Assembly (NCBI GenBank): GCA_051652765.1
Contig: JBOFUV010000081.1
Span: forward strand, 1-31,400
Source: Microcoleaceae cyanobacterium
Lineage (GTDB): Bacteria; Cyanobacteriota; Cyanobacteriia; Cyanobacteriales; Microcoleaceae
Length of the DNA: 31,400 bases
Direction: 5' to 3'
Shown here in pieces: positions 29,312 through 31,400 of the stretch. Made by a program: the position numbers and the translations under genes. The number at the start of each line of letters is the position of its first letter. Positions within the stretch are counted from its first letter, which is position 1. The notes below the pieces were generated by a model. The model worked only from the letters and a program-made list of their open reading frames with translations. It did not search any database and was not told the origin of the DNA.

Positions 29312-31045
29312 ATGGTAGCCCTCACAACGGATCGAGTCAAGCCAAGTCGCCTAACCCTTGAGGTTAGTGCTTTGGTTTCGGAGACAACGGCCATTCGCTC
29401 ATTGGATTGGGATCGCGATCGCTTTGATATCGAGTTTGGTTTGCAAAACGGGACGACTTACAATTCGTTCCTGATTCGGGGAGAGAAAATTGCTCTAGTT
29501 GACACCTCCCATGCCAAGTTTCACGATCTTTATCTTAGTGCCCTCAAGCAACAGATTGACCCTACTGAAATTGACTATCTCATCATTAGCCATACTGAAC
29601 CGGATCATAGTGGCTTGGTCAAAGACCTGCTAGAACTCGCCCCTGACATTATTGTGGTTGGGGCCAAGATCGCGATTCAATTTTTGGAAAATCTCGTTCA
29701 TACTCCTTTTAAACGACAACTGGTTAAGAATGGCGACACTTTAGATCTGGGGAATGGCCATGAGTTAGAGTTTGTCTCGGCCCCCAACCTCCATTGGCCA
29801 GACACGATCTTCACCTATGACCGGGGCACTCAAACTCTGTTTACCTGTGATGCTTTTGGGATGCACTACTGTTCTGATCGCACCTACGACGAGAACATGG
29901 CTGAAATCGAGCCGGATTTTCACTTCTATTATGAGTGTTTGATGGCTCCCAACGCTCGCTCTGTTCTGGGTGCAATTAAGCGCATGGAAGACTTGGGTGA
30001 GATTACCACGATTGCCACAGGTCATGGCCCTCTGCTGCGTCACAATGTCCAAGAGTGGGTCGGACGGTACTCGGATTGGAGCAAGGCTCAGACGAAGGGT
30101 GAGACGACTGTGGCAATGTTCTATATTTCTGACTACGGGTACTGCGATCGCCTGTCTCAAGCGATTGCTCATGGGATTACCAAGACTGGGGTTCGGGTTG
30201 AGATGATGGATCTACGGTCTGCCGATCCCCAGGAACTTCGAGAGTTAGCCTCAGAGGCCGCGAGTTTAGTAATTAGCAGTCCCCCCGGATCAGGCCCAGA
30301 AGCAGCAGAAATTGAAGGAGCTATTAGTACAATTTTGGCTTCAACTCATAAAAAGCAAGTGTTCGGTCTCTATGAGTCGGGGGCCAGCAATAGCATGTCT
30401 GTCTATCCCCTCGAGGTGAAATTTAAGGAAGCCGGATTGAAAGCAGCATTCCCTTCAATTCGGATTACTGAAGCTCCCTCGGAGGCCACTTATAAACTGT
30501 GTGAGGAAGCCGGAACGGATTTGGGACAGCAGCTTTCCTTGAAAAAGGCCGTTCAGCAAATGAAGTCCTTGGATAATGATCTAGATAAAGCCCTCGGTCG
30601 TCTCAGTGGCGGGCTGTACATTATTACTGCGACCAAGGGAGAAGTCCGCAGTGCCATGTTGGCCTCCTGGATTTCTCAGGCCAGTTTTCAGCCGTTAGGT
30701 CTAACCATTGCCGTGGCCAAGGATCGAGCCATAGAAGCATTGATGCAGGTAGGTGACACCTTTGTCCTGAACGTTTTAGCCGAAGGCAACTATCAAAAGC
30801 TGATGAAACATTTCCTCCAACGGTTTGCGCCGGGGGCGGATCGTTTTGCTGGAGTCAATATTCAAGTTGCCACGAATAACAGCCCAATTTTGACAGAGGC
30901 TTTAGCCTATATGGAGTGCGAAGTCGCAAGTCGCCTGGAGTTGAGTGACCACTGGTTAGTCTATGCCACGGTTCAAAATGGACGAGTTAGTGACTCAGAG
31001 GCTCTACCTGCGGTTCACCATCGTAAAGTTGGCAACCATTACTAA
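29312..31045 (+). CDS. flv3: Flavodiiron protein, Flv3-like (class C: metallo-beta-lactamase, flavodoxin and flavin reductase domains)
   Basis: RSLDWDRDRFDIEFGLQNGTTYNS, canonical diiron ligands HTEPDH, HWPD, CDAFG, GHG, and C-terminal HHRKVGNHY. RBS GAGGAGG. Flv4 cannot be fully excluded. Confidence 0.88.
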   Translation: MVALTTDRVKPSRLTLEVSALVSETTAIRSLDWDRDRFDIEFGLQNGTTYNSFLIRGEKIALVDTSHAKFHDLYLSALKQQIDPTEIDYLIISHTEPDHSGLVKDLLELAPDIIVVGAKIAIQFLENLVHTPFKRQLVKNGDTLDLGNGHELEFVSAPNLHWPDTIFTYDRGTQTLFTCDAFGMHYCSDRTYDENMAEIEPDFHFYYECLMAPNARSVLGAIKRMEDLGEITTIATGHGPLLRHNVQEWVGRYSDWSKAQTKGETTVAMFYISDYGYCDRLSQAIAHGITKTGVRVEMMDLRSADPQELRELASEAASLVISSPPGSGPEAAEIEGAISTILASTHKKQVFGLYESGASNSMSVYPLEVKFKEAGLKAAFPSIRITEAPSEATYKLCEEAGTDLGQQLSLKKAVQQMKSLDNDLDKALGRLSGGLYIITATKGEVRSAMLASWISQASFQPLGLTIAVAKDRAIEALMQVGDTFVLNVLAEGNYQKLMKHFLQRFAPGADRFAGVNIQVATNNSPILTEALAYMECEVASRLELSDHWLVYATVQNGRVSDSEALPAVHHRKVGNHY

Positions 31046-31144
31046 GGGCTGATACTAAAGACTTCATCTAACTCACCTCTAGCAAAGCTAGCTACGGTGT
31101 TACCTAAGGTGGAGAGGGCTTTGCTGAGAAACGGGCCAATGTTT

Positions 31145-31176
31145 AAACCCCTCTTCCGAGTTTGGAAGAGGGGTTT
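31145..31176. terminator. Bidirectional intrinsic terminator between flv3 and the PEP-CTERM gene
   Basis: AAACCCCTCTTCC-GAGTTT-GGAAGAGGGGTTT, a perfect 13-bp stem with T runs on both strands. Confidence 0.8.
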
Positions 31177-31216
31177 TGAGTAAGGGGTTTTGATGCGTGT
31201 AGGAAGTATACCGAAC

Positions 31217-31399
31217 TTACGCTTTGTTCGCTTTGTTTTTGGCGGCAAACATGCCACCCAGGGCGAGCAGACCCAAAACCATTCCAGGCTCAGGAACGCT
31301 CTTGTTGGTTTCAGGGTTAAAACCGCTGTCGCTCAGCAAGAAGGAGTGGTTGTCGGTCTCAAAGCCACCGCCTTTGCCAGAAACCTGGGTCAGTACAAC
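31217..31399 (-). CDS. 3' end of a PEP-CTERM sorting-domain surface protein (runs off the window edge; absent from the ORF track)
   Basis: Hand translation ...VVLTQVSGKGGGFETDNHSFLLSDSGFNPETNKSVPEPGMVLGLLALGGMFAAKNKANKA*: VPEP, then a hydrophobic helix and a basic tail. Confidence 0.88.
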   Translation of the reverse strand, partial: VVLTQVSGKGGGFETDNHSFLLSDSGFNPETNKSVPEPGMVLGLLALGGMFAAKNKANKA

Positions 31400-31400
31400 C

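Noticed and set aside
24456..29414. HIP1-free stretch as evidence for horizontal transfer of the kinase
   Set aside because: A similar ~4-kb gap covers the core suf genes, so the gap is not diagnostic at this density.
31042..31257. 71-aa minus-strand ORF in the track
   Set aside because: It is out of frame with the real PEP-CTERM tail and runs through the terminator hairpin.

Overview
This is a cyanobacterial chromosomal segment: 19 HIP1 octamers (GCGATCGC) counted by eye, plus petL, flavodiiron, sufR and PEP-CTERM genes. It is mostly housekeeping. In order: TPR protein, rseP-nth-rpsN, two hypotheticals, aat, a small Cys-rich protein missed by the ORF track, sufE-hisI-cysS, a structured ~125-nt RNA (6S-like) on the minus strand, and the sufB-[exported SH3-like protein]-[GFA protein]-sufC-sufD-sufS operon divergent from sufR with two SufR boxes. 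Next come a CNNM/CBS protein, tRNA-Tyr and tRNA-Thr, aroB, petL (also missed by the ORF track), DUF3531, a TPR protein, yjbQ, chrA, hisB, a large hybrid histidine kinase, a 1.15-kb intergenic region with MITE-like and palindromic elements, flv3, and the 3' end of a PEP-CTERM gene. I see no CRISPR array, transposase, prophage or defence system, and I cannot claim a demonstrated new system. The best leads are the two extra genes embedded in the suf operon, the CxxC microprotein upstream of a nearby sufE, the compact 6S-like RNA, and a 9x13-bp intergenic array. All family assignments come from motif recognition, not database searches.
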